64,000 nt of DNA from an uncultured delta proteobacterium. Its GTDB lineage: Bacteria; Desulfobacterota; Binatia; UBA9968. The translations under genes were made by a program, and so were the position numbers. The notes under the pieces are model-generated. The model had not been told where the DNA came from. It did no database searches and saw only the letters and a list, made by a program, of their open reading frames with translations. Below, one piece after another: positions 30,944-40,548 of the stretch. How positions within the stretch are numbered: position 1 is the stretch's first letter; each line of letters begins with the position of its first letter. The DNA is taken from assembly GCA_963816145.1 (NCBI GenBank), contig CAWFJP010000003.1:224001-288000 (forward strand), given 5' to 3'.

Positions 30944-31519
30944 CTAGTTACTCTGCGGAACATCAGTCCGGTTCCTTCTCGGCCACTCCGAAACAATCAC
31001 TTGATCGACGCCGTCGGCTTCATCGAGCATTACATTGACCCTCTGGCCATCTTGGACCTCGATATTCTTGCCGACAATGTCGGCGCGGATCGGTAGCTCA
31101 CGGGCGCCGCGATCGATCAATGCAGCGACCAGAATCCGCTTTGGCTGCCCCAAGCGCTCCACCGCTTCCATCGCTGCGCGAATCGTCCGGCCACGGAAAA
31201 TCACGTCGTCGATCAAAACCACAGTCCGTTCATCGACCGTTACCTGTACCTCGAAAGCCCCCACCGCCGCGCTTGACGACTCCTGCGACTTATCGTCGCG
31301 ATACGGTGTAACATCGATCACCCCCACTGCGGGAGCGATCTTGGCGATTTCGCCGATTTTGCGCGCAATCCGTCGCGCCAAATGCACGCCGCGCGATCGA
31401 ATGCCGATCAAAGCCAGCTCCGCCGGACTACTCGCCTTCTCGACGATCTCATGCGCCATCCGGCTAATCATCCGGCCGATGTCGTCGCGTTCGACTACAA
31501 TTTTCTTCTCGTCAACCAT
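30944..31519 (-). CDS. pyrR: Pyrimidine attenuation regulator / uracil phosphoribosyltransferase PyrR
   Basis: ISRMAHEI, LIGIRSRG, DVTPYRDD, VLIDDVIFRGRTIRAA, DRGARELPIRADIVGKN. Confidence 0.93.
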   Translation of the reverse strand: MVDEKKIVVERDDIGRMISRMAHEIVEKASSPAELALIGIRSRGVHLARRIARKIGEIAKIAPAVGVIDVTPYRDDKSQESSSAAVGAFEVQVTVDERTVVLIDDVIFRGRTIRAAMEAVERLGQPKRILVAALIDRGARELPIRADIVGKNIEVQDGQRVNVMLDEADGVDQVIVSEWPRRNRTDVPQSN

Positions 31520-31555
31520 AAAAAAAGACCCGCCCGGCGTCACCGAGTGGGTCTT
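31520..31555 (-). terminator. Attenuator terminator of the pyr leader
   Basis: Minus strand AAGACCCACTCGG-TGACG-CCGGGCGGGTCTTTTTTT, immediately followed by the pyrR ATG. Confidence 0.85.
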
Positions 31556-31595
31556 AGAGAGTCGCGATCTTGTAAATTAAGTTTCGTCATTGTGC

Positions 31596-31628
31596 CCTTT
31601 GCCGACCTCACAGGATCGGATTAAAAGG
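31596..31628 (-). promoter_or_regulatory. PyrR-binding RNA element (anti-antiterminator)
   Basis: Minus strand CCTTTTAATCCGATCCTGTGAGGTCGGCAAAGG, matching the CUUUAA...UCCnGnGAGGY...AAG PyrR loop consensus. Confidence 0.85.
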
Positions 31629-31636
31629 TATAAGAA

Positions 31637-31665
31637 TTTTTAACTTGGAGCTCTCTGAATGTCAA
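31637..31665 (-). promoter_or_regulatory. Putative sigma70 promoter of the pyr operon
   Basis: TTGACA-17 bp-TAAAAA just upstream of the PyrR loop. Confidence 0.6.
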
Positions 31666-31740
31666 TGTGGTGCGAAGAGTTTTTCCATTTCGAACGTCGC
31701 CCGACACAAATAAACGGCCAAGTGTCCGTCTCAGACCGAT

Positions 31741-32120
31741 TCAATATCTGCTGACAAATGACAAGAAGTCGGTGGTTGGCGAGGCGATGTGGACGCCTTC
31801 AACTAAGAATTTGTTAAATTCAAAATTCAGCGAACTCGCCAGTTTCTCGAAATATGGCGCATCCTTCCTCGTGCAGATTTCAATCACGCTTGCAGGATTC
31901 TCGGCCCAATCCATATTGGCAAGACCCGCGCCATGTTGGCCGATATTCGTTTGTGCATACCTGAAGAGTTGGACCTGCTCCATAAATGGCAGCAGTTCCA
32001 AAAGTACATGGATGGCCGGTCGCGACTTTCGAATTTTTTGATAGATGCTGAAAAGATTGTTGACTGAACGGCGGTTGCTGCCCCTCGCTTCTCTGCCGTT
32101 GGTTCCGCGCAAAAACGCGA
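31741..32120 (-). pseudogene. C-terminal fragment of a glycosyltransferase family 61 (DUF563)-like gene
   Basis: EQVQLFRYAQTNIGQHGAGLANM..VIEI motif; no convincing N-terminal part or start. Confidence 0.55.
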
Positions 32121-32199
32121 GGCTATACCACCCATGGAGGACCCGGTCGATATGTGCCCATTTGACGCACTGCCATGTCTGCGATATGTGTCCGGCGCA

Positions 32200-32406
32200 A
32201 TGCCCAAGCACCTCGCCCGAAAATGCCCAAGATGCCGAGAGTTTTTCGCAGTGGTCGTGAACCAGCCACCCAAGAGCAACGGTCAGTATCTCATCAATGG
32301 TATCTGTGCGGTCTGCGGCTATCAGCTCAAAGGTTGGCGTTTGATCATTGGGCGGAAGCGGCCAGACAATGCCTATCTCGGTAGGATGCCCAAGGTTTTC
32401 AGCTAA
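32200..32406 (+). CDS. Small Zn-ribbon protein, 68 aa
   Basis: MPKHLARKCPRCREFFAVVV...GICAVCGYQL; two CxxC pairs. Confidence 0.6.
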   Translation: MPKHLARKCPRCREFFAVVVNQPPKSNGQYLINGICAVCGYQLKGWRLIIGRKRPDNAYLGRMPKVFS

Positions 32407-32620
32407 TGGATTGCTTTTTAATTCGCAACTGTCCTCCTGTCGTGGGCTGATGGGCGTGATCGTTTGACGCCCAGGACAGAACACACCGCGCCACCCGTTC
32501 AACGGTCATTGCGCTAGGTGTCGCCAGCGACTTGCGTGGATCGTTATTCGTGGAAATCGTCAGCGCCTTAACAAGTTGTTAAGCCTGCTAGGGTGTAGGT
32601 AAATTAAAACTGGCAGCTAC

Positions 32621-33169
32621 CTAGCGATTCCGGGGTCTATTCGGCTTCGGTAGATCGGGCCCACTGAAATCCAACTGTGTTTGGCTCGACCGTCGAAATC
32701 TGGAAGATGAACCCAGTTGCTGTAGTTTTTCAACGGTAAACGTTCTGGAATCACATTGACCGTCCAGGAACTGGAAATAGATAGAAACTGAGTCAGATGC
32801 CCAGCAAATCTGAAAAGCACTTGCATTCATTCGATCAAGATGATCGCCAAGAGTACGCAATAGTTGAGACAACCTACCGTACGCCTCAGTTTGAGAAGAA
32901 TTTCTTCGCCTTTGCAGCTTCGCCTGGTCATCAAGCCGAGAAATATCGGCTGGACTGAACCGCACTGAGCGCCCAACTGTTGATTGGCGAGTGGTCTGCT
33001 CGGAAAAGTCATTGCGACTAAGTGCATGGCGCAAAACCCATTCGCCTGTTCGGGTCAGCGAATCACATTTCACGACATAATTCGGGCCGTCCGCTTCCAA
33101 CTCGAAAGCAGGAATCTTAGCGACTTCCAGCGACTGCCCAATTACTCGTAGTGATATGGAGTGAGCCAT
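32621..33169 (-). CDS. Hypothetical protein, paralog of 875-1357
   Basis: SLRVIGQSLE...LLRTLGDHLD two-fold repeat. Confidence 0.7.
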   Translation of the reverse strand: MAHSISLRVIGQSLEVAKIPAFELEADGPNYVVKCDSLTRTGEWVLRHALSRNDFSEQTTRQSTVGRSVRFSPADISRLDDQAKLQRRRNSSQTEAYGRLSQLLRTLGDHLDRMNASAFQICWASDSVSIYFQFLDGQCDSRTFTVEKLQQLGSSSRFRRSSQTQLDFSGPDLPKPNRPRNR

Positions 33170-33355
33170 TCGATACCGCGTCTGTCAGCGATACCGCCAT
33201 TGTGGAGGTTCTGAGGCCAATTACAACCGTCCAGTTGTTAAAATCCTTTTTCCGCTTCCGATTCTCGTCAAATGCCTCTGATGCTCGTCTCTTACTGGGG
33301 GGGATTGTTCATTCCGCATCAGCCCTGAATCATAGCGCCTGAAACCGCCCCACCC

Positions 33356-33493
33356 TCAGTCAGTCAAATATTCGCGCCAATTAATTGGCCGGCGAGGTTG
33401 ATTTTGATAATAACTCTCGCTGTTACTGATAACCGAGGAGCATCCCGAGACTAGAGTCATCAGCAACAGAGCAAACAGGACGATTTTCTTCAT
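33356..33493 (-). CDS. Small lipoprotein, 45 aa (MKKIVLFALLLMTLVSGCSSVISNSESYYQNQPRRPINWREYLTD)
   Basis: Below ORF-track cutoff; GAGGG RBS; MKK, hydrophobic core and VSG-C lipobox. Confidence 0.65.
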   Translation of the reverse strand: MKKIVLFALLLMTLVSGCSSVISNSESYYQNQPRRPINWREYLTD

Positions 33494-34092
33494 TGTAAGT
33501 CCCTCATCATGCTCTCACACCCTCAGCGCATGCATGTATTTGCCGGTGCGTTTGTCTATCTCGCCTCAGACTCGAACCGACGCCATGATACAGCGTTATT
33601 ATCACCCTGGGTCGGGTGTTGATAGGGCCGCCGAGAAACAACGTTAAGCTACGCAGAGGTCATTGGCGTGTTAATCGGGCAGGGTCTTTGTTTATTTTGA
33701 AGCGAGGACCCGGGCGGTAAATTTGGCTAGGTTACAGCGCGGCACGCGATCTCCTACTTTCGCAGAATTGGTTGAAGTCGACTTCAAGATCGTCGACGAT
33801 TTCTTGGGAGGTGATCAAATACCTCGCTAACGGTTGCGTAGCAGTCGGAGGGATATCTGAATACCCCCCCAAAATGGCAGCATTGGGGGCGCCGGGGGAT
33901 ATTTCATGCGTATCGTTATTAATGGATCGAAACGAAACACGTGATATGCGCGCCGGATTCTCGGGGGTAAACTTAATAGTTAGCCTGGCACTGTCTTGTG
34001 CGTGAGTTCAGCAAGGCCGACACCGCGGCGAATTAAGACGGAGATTTACCGCGAGCGTTACAACGCGGATCAAAAGCGCGCACGCGACCGCG

Positions 34093-34404
34093 TCACCGGA
34101 GGCGTACAACTTGGGCAACATTGCTGTACGCGCTCGTGCCTATTTGATTATACGCGGCAGCCCTATAGCATGCCCCTAGCTTGTAGACATCCGTAACAAG
34201 AGTTTGATTTATGCCTGTGTATGCGATCACTTCCCAACCATCACTGCAGTCATTGGACAGCGTGCGTTCAAGAAAGAACCCCTGCTCGTTATCGGAATTG
34301 TCTTGCCATGTTATCGTTACGGATCGAGCATTGGCAGTTCCCGGTAACATCAACAAATAGAAAAATAAGAAGTAAAGTTGCCAAGAGAATTTCTTTGGTA
34401 GCAT
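34093..34404 (-). CDS. Secreted single fibronectin type III domain protein
   Basis: Signal peptide ending ANA; VTITWQDNSDNEQGFFLER...YRAAAYNQIGTSAYSN; GGAGG RBS. Confidence 0.78.
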   Translation of the reverse strand: MLPKKFSWQLYFLFFYLLMLPGTANARSVTITWQDNSDNEQGFFLERTLSNDCSDGWEVIAYTGINQTLVTDVYKLGACYRAAAYNQIGTSAYSNVAQVVRLR

Positions 34405-34770
34405 CGAAAGCCTCCACCCGAAAGCGGACTGAATTTAGAAGTTCTAAAAAAGACCTTAGTAATGCTTTTGTAGTTACTATCAACAGGATTTGTTGTCAAT
34501 CAAAGTCTGGCCGGACGCCGCGGTTGGCGGAAACAATTATCGAGGCAAAGGCGAAGCAAGATATTGCGGCGGCGCAGGCCGGGTGAAAATCAGAGGGGCC
34601 GTTGCCGCGTTGACAAATAACGAGTTCGCCGCGCTTTTGGCCGAGGCGCTCCGGTTAGCTAGATCGGTGAGCTCTGTAATTGAATTGAATGTACAGGTTT
34701 TATCCTGAATGCGAGCGCGGAGAGATCAGGCAATTGCAATGAGAGTTGAGAGGAAAGGGATTGGGGGATT

Positions 34771-35820
34771 AGGGTCAAATCTTTACTTAAGGCGTAAGCT
34801 CTCGTCAATCTCCGTCATAGTCATACCCATCCGTTTATCGAGGTCTGCCTTCTCCCGAATCCGCTTGCGCTCCCGGCTCACCGTCGTGTAGTCCAATCCG
34901 CCAAGCTCTGCGCCAATCCCCGATTGGCTGAGCTGCCCATGCCGATAAAGCATCTCCATCGCCACCGCTCGTGCGTCCCGATTCCCAATCCGCTTTGCCC
35001 TGATCTCGGTCTCCTTCACTCCCAAGCGCCGGCACACCTCTTTGATGATGTCCGCCGCGCTCTTGGCCGCAAACTCCCTGACCGACGGCTGTTCGCGGGA
35101 GACTCCCCCTTCGCCAACCCTGTCTTTGATCCTTTCGACAAACTTCTCTTGCCCCAATACCACTTGCCCGCTGACGTTTTTCCACGGCGTGTCGTATCCG
35201 CGCTCGATCCCGTCGGCGACAAACTCTGCGTACTTCTTTCGACTCCCACCGACCCGCCCGAGCACCATTTCGTAGCGCACCCACGGCTGCTTGCTAGCCG
35301 CTTTGACGTATCCCGGTAGGCTGCTCCATCGATAGCGCTCCAAATATCGAATCTGCTCTCTGACGTTCTTGCCATGATAGCTCTTTAACCGCACCGGATT
35401 TAGGTGAACGTAGCGGCTGAGCTCTAACAGATAGCTGTCCTGGTCAACCAGGATGGCTTTGAATCGCCCTTGGTACAGATGCCCGACACGGCGATGGCGG
35501 CGGTTAAATGCGGCGGTGTAGCTGATATTAAAATGGCGCATGAACTCGGAGAGATTGGCCTTGGGCGTGGCCACCAGCAAATGAAAGTGGTTGGCCATGA
35601 GCACATAGGCGTGAAGCTCGACTTGGTAGGTGGCGAGCGAGCCTCGCAGCTTCTCCAAGAATACTGTTCGATCCCGGTCGTCGCGGTAGATCGCCCGCCG
35701 GTCGTTGCCCCGGCAGGTGACGTGGTAAAAACCGCCGGGAATCAGGATTCTTAGGGGTCGGGTCATGGGCTTCTACTAGCATCGGGTTAGGGCGGAAAGC
35801 AAGAGTAAAGATTTGACCCT
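34771..35820 (-). mobile_element. RAYT-type element bounded by perfect 17-bp inverted repeats
   Basis: AGGGTCAAATCTTTACT (34771-34787) and AGTAAAGATTTGACCCT (35804-35820) enclose the transposase gene. Confidence 0.7.
34783..35766 (-). CDS. REP-associated tyrosine transposase (Y1 HUH, RAYT-like) with C-terminal DnaA domain IV-like HTH
   Basis: YHVTCRGN, AYVLMANHFHLL (HUH), GHLYQGRFKA, YVHLNPVR; C-terminal IGAELGGLDYTTVSR. Confidence 0.88.
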   Translation of the reverse strand: MTRPLRILIPGGFYHVTCRGNDRRAIYRDDRDRTVFLEKLRGSLATYQVELHAYVLMANHFHLLVATPKANLSEFMRHFNISYTAAFNRRHRRVGHLYQGRFKAILVDQDSYLLELSRYVHLNPVRLKSYHGKNVREQIRYLERYRWSSLPGYVKAASKQPWVRYEMVLGRVGGSRKKYAEFVADGIERGYDTPWKNVSGQVVLGQEKFVERIKDRVGEGGVSREQPSVREFAAKSAADIIKEVCRRLGVKETEIRAKRIGNRDARAVAMEMLYRHGQLSQSGIGAELGGLDYTTVSRERKRIREKADLDKRMGMTMTEIDESLRLK

Positions 35821-35882
35821 TAACCTGTTAACCTGCTTCTTAACCTGCTTACTTAACTTGCTTAACCCCTTGACCCTCAACC
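35820..35882. repeat. Irregular tandem TT(A/G)ACC repeats adjoining the RAYT inverted repeat
   Basis: TTAACCTG TTAACCTGCTTC TTAACCTGCTTAC TTAACTTGC TTAACCCC TTGACCC TCAACC. Confidence 0.7.
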
Positions 35883-36022
35883 GCTCAGCCGTGACCATAA
35901 GAAAACGCCCCAGCTTCATCAACTTGTATCGTGGTATCGCACTGGGTTACAAGTTGGATTGGCAGATCCCCGCAGGATGCGGAATGAATACACTTACTTT
36001 AAGTGAACCTCTGAGAAACAGT

Positions 36023-37987
36023 ATGAAGCTACCTTTTGATCAAGAAGCTATACGGGCCAAATGTTTTCATTCCTCCGGGAACTTTGTCGAGTTTCCTAGA
36101 GACGATGTCGAGCGAACTATTCCGGAGCGTTTTGAGAAAATTGTGGCACAGCATCCTCATCGACTCGCCATAAAGACCTCTAAGCAAGCTATAACTTACG
36201 CTGAGTTGAACGCGTCAGCTAATCGTGTGGCTCGATACATCCTAGACATTCGAGGTGAGAGCAACGAGCCTGTTGCGATTCTTCTTGGTCATGATGCGGC
36301 TATCATCGTCACAATTTTAGCATCTCTTAAGGCGGGCAAAATCTATGTTCCTCTTGATCCTGCTTATCCGCTATCGAGAAACGCTCAGATCTTGCAACAT
36401 TCGCAGGCTCGATTGATTTTGACGGATAGCACACATATCCGGTTAGCCGATCAATTGGCGGAGAATGCAATCGAAGTAATCGGCGTCGACGATATCCCCG
36501 ACAATCTATCGCGAGACAACCCCGATCTCGCCCTACCGCCCGATACGCTGGCGTGGATTCTATACACCTCCGGTACAACAGGGAACCCAAAGGGTATAGT
36601 TCAAAGCCACCGGTCTGTGCTTCAAGAAACGTTGATCTATACAAATCTAGCCCACATCAGTCTCGATGATCGGCTGGCACTTGTTTCGTCTTGTAGCTTT
36701 TCTGACTCGATCGGCACGATCAATGGCACCCTCCTTAACGGTGCAAGGCTTGTTCTTGTCGATATTCGTAGTGAAGGACTGACTGCGCTTGCCGACCGAC
36801 TACTTATAGATTGCGTTTCGATCTACCGATCCGTTCCGACTGTTTTCCGCCACTTCGCCGATATCGTGGCGAGAGAGCAGCAGTTTCCCAGTCTTCGTCT
36901 TATTTACCTGGTTGGTGAAACAGTCAACAAGACTCATGTAGAGCAGTACAGGAAATCGTTTTCGCGTGACTGTATTTTGCTCAACGTACTTGGATCAACG
37001 GAAGCACTCACGTTTAGGATATTTTTCATGGACATGGAGACTGAAATGAGCGGTTTGGACGTACCTGTTGGGTATGCGGTGGATGGCAAGGAAGTCGTCT
37101 TAGTGAATGACGAAGTGCAGGATGCGGGGTGCGGCTCGATTGGCGAAATTGCGGTGAAAAGTCGCTATCTGGCACAAGGTTATTGGCGCAACCCTATGGC
37201 GACCCGCGATAAGTTCTTGCCGGATCCGGACGGAGGGCTCGAGCGTCTTTATCTTACCGGTGATATGGGTCGCATGGCGCCCGACGGGTGTCTATTCCAT
37301 CTGGGACGTAAAGATTTTCAGGTGAAAATAAGAGGCTACCGGGTGGAACTGGGCGAGATTGAAATGGCGCTTCATAATCATGATGGGGTGAAAGAAGCGG
37401 CGGTAACATCCGATGAGGACCATCTTGGTGAAACCCGGATAACAGCGTATTTTGTCTCTAGCAGGGAGCCTGCACCTACCACAAGCGATTTGCGGAACTT
37501 CTTGCAGGATAAATTACCGGAATACATGCTTCCCTCAACTTTCATCGCGATGGATTCGTTCCCGCTTACTGAGACAGGCAAACTGGATCGCCGAGCGCTA
37601 CCGATCGCGAGTCGAGCTAAAACCGAGCCAGGTATTTTTGTGGCTGCACCGACAACCGCCTTAGAAAAGCAACTCGTCGAGAATTGGAGAGAGGTGCTGA
37701 AAATTGACGCCCTAGGCATTTACGACAACTTCTTTGATCTGGGAGGCCATTCGCTTGCTGCCATGCGAATTGTATCTCGTGTTTTCCAGCAATTCCAACT
37801 ACAGATTCCACTTCAAGCCCTATTTCAGTCGCCAACGGTGGCTGATATGGCGGCTGTAATTGCCGAGCATCTAGACGAACCATTAGGAAGCGAAGAGTTG
37901 GAGGATATTTTGCACGAAATTGAATCGTTGTCCGACGAACAAGCGCAGCGGCTTGTGGGGGAACAGCAAAACACTTCCAAAGTCTAA
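36023..37987 (+). CDS. NRPS-like adenylation-thiolation (A-T) didomain protein
   Basis: YTSGTTGNPKG, YLTGDMG, GRKDFQVKIRGYRVELGEIE, TGKLDR, carrier motif DNFFDLGGHSL; likely start ATG 36023. Confidence 0.88.
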   Translation: MKLPFDQEAIRAKCFHSSGNFVEFPRDDVERTIPERFEKIVAQHPHRLAIKTSKQAITYAELNASANRVARYILDIRGESNEPVAILLGHDAAIIVTILASLKAGKIYVPLDPAYPLSRNAQILQHSQARLILTDSTHIRLADQLAENAIEVIGVDDIPDNLSRDNPDLALPPDTLAWILYTSGTTGNPKGIVQSHRSVLQETLIYTNLAHISLDDRLALVSSCSFSDSIGTINGTLLNGARLVLVDIRSEGLTALADRLLIDCVSIYRSVPTVFRHFADIVAREQQFPSLRLIYLVGETVNKTHVEQYRKSFSRDCILLNVLGSTEALTFRIFFMDMETEMSGLDVPVGYAVDGKEVVLVNDEVQDAGCGSIGEIAVKSRYLAQGYWRNPMATRDKFLPDPDGGLERLYLTGDMGRMAPDGCLFHLGRKDFQVKIRGYRVELGEIEMALHNHDGVKEAAVTSDEDHLGETRITAYFVSSREPAPTTSDLRNFLQDKLPEYMLPSTFIAMDSFPLTETGKLDRRALPIASRAKTEPGIFVAAPTTALEKQLVENWREVLKIDALGIYDNFFDLGGHSLAAMRIVSRVFQQFQLQIPLQALFQSPTVADMAAVIAEHLDEPLGSEELEDILHEIESLSDEQAQRLVGEQQNTSKV

Positions 37988-38403
37988 AGCACCTGCTACC
38001 GCTTTCAAGCTAGCGTGCAAGGGAAGTTATTGACTAGCTGGACAAACTGCCTACCACGACAGTGGACCTCTCGGAGGTCTAGAAGCCGATTGGGCGGGAC
38101 GCCACGGCCAGCGACGCTCCAACGCGCGGCGGTGTTTTGACGAAGCGGTCCCCACCGAGAAACCGTTGGTCGACGGTCCGCTAGTACTTCTCGTCGTGTC
38201 GCCTGCATCCCCCATCTTCCATGAATCTCTCCAAGGCGCACCGAGCGATCTCGACTCAAGCGGTGAATTATCTGCAGACCGTTTGGGTAGCGCATTGGAC
38301 ACGACCGGGATACCCTGTTAAACGGCTACGCGACCCTAACGATGCAAACTTACCGAAACGTTGTTGCCACGTCGGTTGGCCGTAACTAATCGCAGCGGCG
38401 AGT

Positions 38404-38429
38404 GGAACGGCCTGCTGCCGTTCCCCTAC
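38404..38429 (-). repeat. Single GTAG-type REP
   Basis: Minus strand GTAGGGGAACGGC-AGCAG-GCCGTTCC. Confidence 0.6.
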
Positions 38430-38586
38430 AGCAAAGAAACCGATGACCCTGTTTGCGGTTTAATTAAGCACCATTAAATTACCCCGTGTTAGCACCGTAA
38501 GAACCACTATGACCTCTAGTCTTGTCGTATAGCATCGCACTCGTCTACAATGTATCCCAGGACCGGGGGAAAGCGAGTCGAATGCT

Positions 38587-40548
38587 ATGAAGTTGCCGCC
38601 TGACCAACAAGCAATACGGGCCAAGTGCTTCCACCCATCGGGAAAATTCGTCGAGTTTCCTAAGGATGACGTCGAGACATCGGTTCCGGAGCGTTTTGAA
38701 AAGGTTGTGCGCATTAACCCCGATCGGATTGCCGTCAAAATAGACGACACGGCCCTAACGTACGATGCGTTGAACAAAGTGGCAAACCGAGTAGCGCGTT
38801 TGCTTGTCGATAGGCTTGGTGAACACAATCGTCCAATCGTGATTTTCTCGGAGCAAACCTTAGCGGCGGTAATATTCTCTCTGGCGATCTGGAAATCAGG
38901 CAAGATTTTGGTTGCGGTCGAACCCAGCTCTTTTTTGCCGGCGATTTTATCGAAAATCGAGGCCGCGCAAGCGAACGTGATCTTAACTACCGGCGATAAT
39001 TTGTCCCTTGCGCTAGAATTAACAAGAAAGACCACCAGTCAGATTATAAACATAGACCCATCCGTAATTGATCTGGCCGATGGCAATCTGAACTTAAAAA
39101 TCCGTAGCGAAGCGCTGGCTGAAATTCGTTTTAGTTCGGGTTCCACCGGTAAACCGAAAGGGGTTGTTCGTAGTCATCGAGTGCTTTTAGTTTCTGCCCG
39201 GTCGGCAATCAATTCGGCTCACATTTGTTGTGATGATCGAGTGGTCGCTTTGACTAATCTCAGCTTTGGTAGCCACACTCTTCGTAAAGGTTTACTCAGT
39301 GGATCGGCCATTTTTCCCTTCGACATCAAGAAACACGGTATCCAGGACTTAGCGCGATTGTTAAACAAAGAGAATATAACTTGTTACGAATCCGTTCCAT
39401 CGAGCTTTCGATATCTGGTCGGGGAGTTGGACGGAACCATCGCATTTCCGTCAATGCGCCTGATACAGTTTGCAGGCGAGCCATTGTACAGGAGCGATGT
39501 CGAATCCTATAAGAACTATTTTCCAAACCAATGTATTTTGGTCAATCGATTAAGCGCTGGCGAAGTGGGCAACATCTGCCAATTGTTTATTGACAAGGAT
39601 ACAACGATTGATACGCCGCTTGTGCCGGTGGGTTATCCCGTTGAGGGCAAAAGTGTTGTCTTATTAAACGATGAGGGCAAACAAACCAGACTGAACGAAG
39701 TGGGTGAAATCGCGGTGAGAAGCCAGCTTCTGCCCTCAGGGTATTGGAACAATACCGATCTTACAGAAGCCAAATTTCACAACGATCCGGCAACGGGGGA
39801 GACAGTATACTTAACCGGCGACCTGGGAATGGTATCGCACGACGGACTAATTCTGCATCTAGGTAGGAAGGATAATGAAGTAAAGATTAGAGGAATGAAA
39901 GTGGAGTTGTCAGGAATTGACGCTACACTGGTTGGACACGACGGAATCGCAGAAGCCGTCGTTTTGCTTACGACGGATAAAGACCTGGGGGAAAGTCTGG
40001 TGGCGTATATCGTTCCAACTCACGGCAAACGACCAACTGTGGGAGAGCTTCGACAATTTCTCCGAAGCTCTTTACCTGACTATATGGTGCCATCGAAGTT
40101 CATGTTTTTAGATTCGTTGCCGCTAATGCCGAGTGGCAAGATAGATCGTTCGGCGCTTCCAGACCCAGCCGGCAAAAGACCGGAGATTGACACTCCCTTT
40201 GTGGCGCCCCACAATCCCATAGAAGAACGACTGGCTAGGATTTGGGCAGACGTTCTTGCGCTCGATGAAGTTGGCACAGACGACAATTTCTTCGATCTTG
40301 GAGGCCACTCCTTGGCAGCTACTAGGGTTGTGTCCCGGGTTATCCAGCAGTTTCAGTTAGAAATACCGCTGCAGTCACTGTTTGAATCTCCAACCATTGC
40401 GGATATGGCATCAGTGATCACGGCTCATCAGGGAAACACTTTAGACGAGCAAGGCTTGGCGACACTATTGAACGAATTAGAATCACTGTCCGACGAAGAG
40501 GCCCAGCGGCTTGTAGGCGAACAGCGTAACGAAAACTCCGAGGAGTAA
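38587..40548 (+). CDS. NRPS-like A-T didomain protein (paralog of 36023-37987)
   Basis: FSSGSTGKPKG, YLTGDLG, GRKDNEVKIRG, SGKIDR, DNFFDLGGHSL. Confidence 0.88.
   Translation: MKLPPDQQAIRAKCFHPSGKFVEFPKDDVETSVPERFEKVVRINPDRIAVKIDDTALTYDALNKVANRVARLLVDRLGEHNRPIVIFSEQTLAAVIFSLAIWKSGKILVAVEPSSFLPAILSKIEAAQANVILTTGDNLSLALELTRKTTSQIINIDPSVIDLADGNLNLKIRSEALAEIRFSSGSTGKPKGVVRSHRVLLVSARSAINSAHICCDDRVVALTNLSFGSHTLRKGLLSGSAIFPFDIKKHGIQDLARLLNKENITCYESVPSSFRYLVGELDGTIAFPSMRLIQFAGEPLYRSDVESYKNYFPNQCILVNRLSAGEVGNICQLFIDKDTTIDTPLVPVGYPVEGKSVVLLNDEGKQTRLNEVGEIAVRSQLLPSGYWNNTDLTEAKFHNDPATGETVYLTGDLGMVSHDGLILHLGRKDNEVKIRGMKVELSGIDATLVGHDGIAEAVVLLTTDKDLGESLVAYIVPTHGKRPTVGELRQFLRSSLPDYMVPSKFMFLDSLPLMPSGKIDRSALPDPAGKRPEIDTPFVAPHNPIEERLARIWADVLALDEVGTDDNFFDLGGHSLAATRVVSRVIQQFQLEIPLQSLFESPTIADMASVITAHQGNTLDEQGLATLLNELESLSDEEAQRLVGEQRNENSEE

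Noticed and set aside
31741-32502. 253-aa ORF as an intact gene
   Set aside because: Only the C-terminal part has GT61-like motifs; the N-terminal part overlaps a more plausible Zn-ribbon gene on the other strand
35820-35882. Repeat tracts and periodic palindromes as a possible CRISPR array
   Set aside because: Units are 6-13 nt with no unique spacers, and no cas genes are present
35813-36022. Long N-terminal extensions in the ORF track (also 50804-50974, 10721-10834, 53557-53652)
   Set aside because: They run through repeats or promoter DNA; downstream ATGs match paralog N-termini or have an RBS
38000-38400. Gap between the A-T genes as a transposase remnant or extra NRPS domain
   Set aside because: No recognisable motif in the listed frames; only one GTAG REP is supportable
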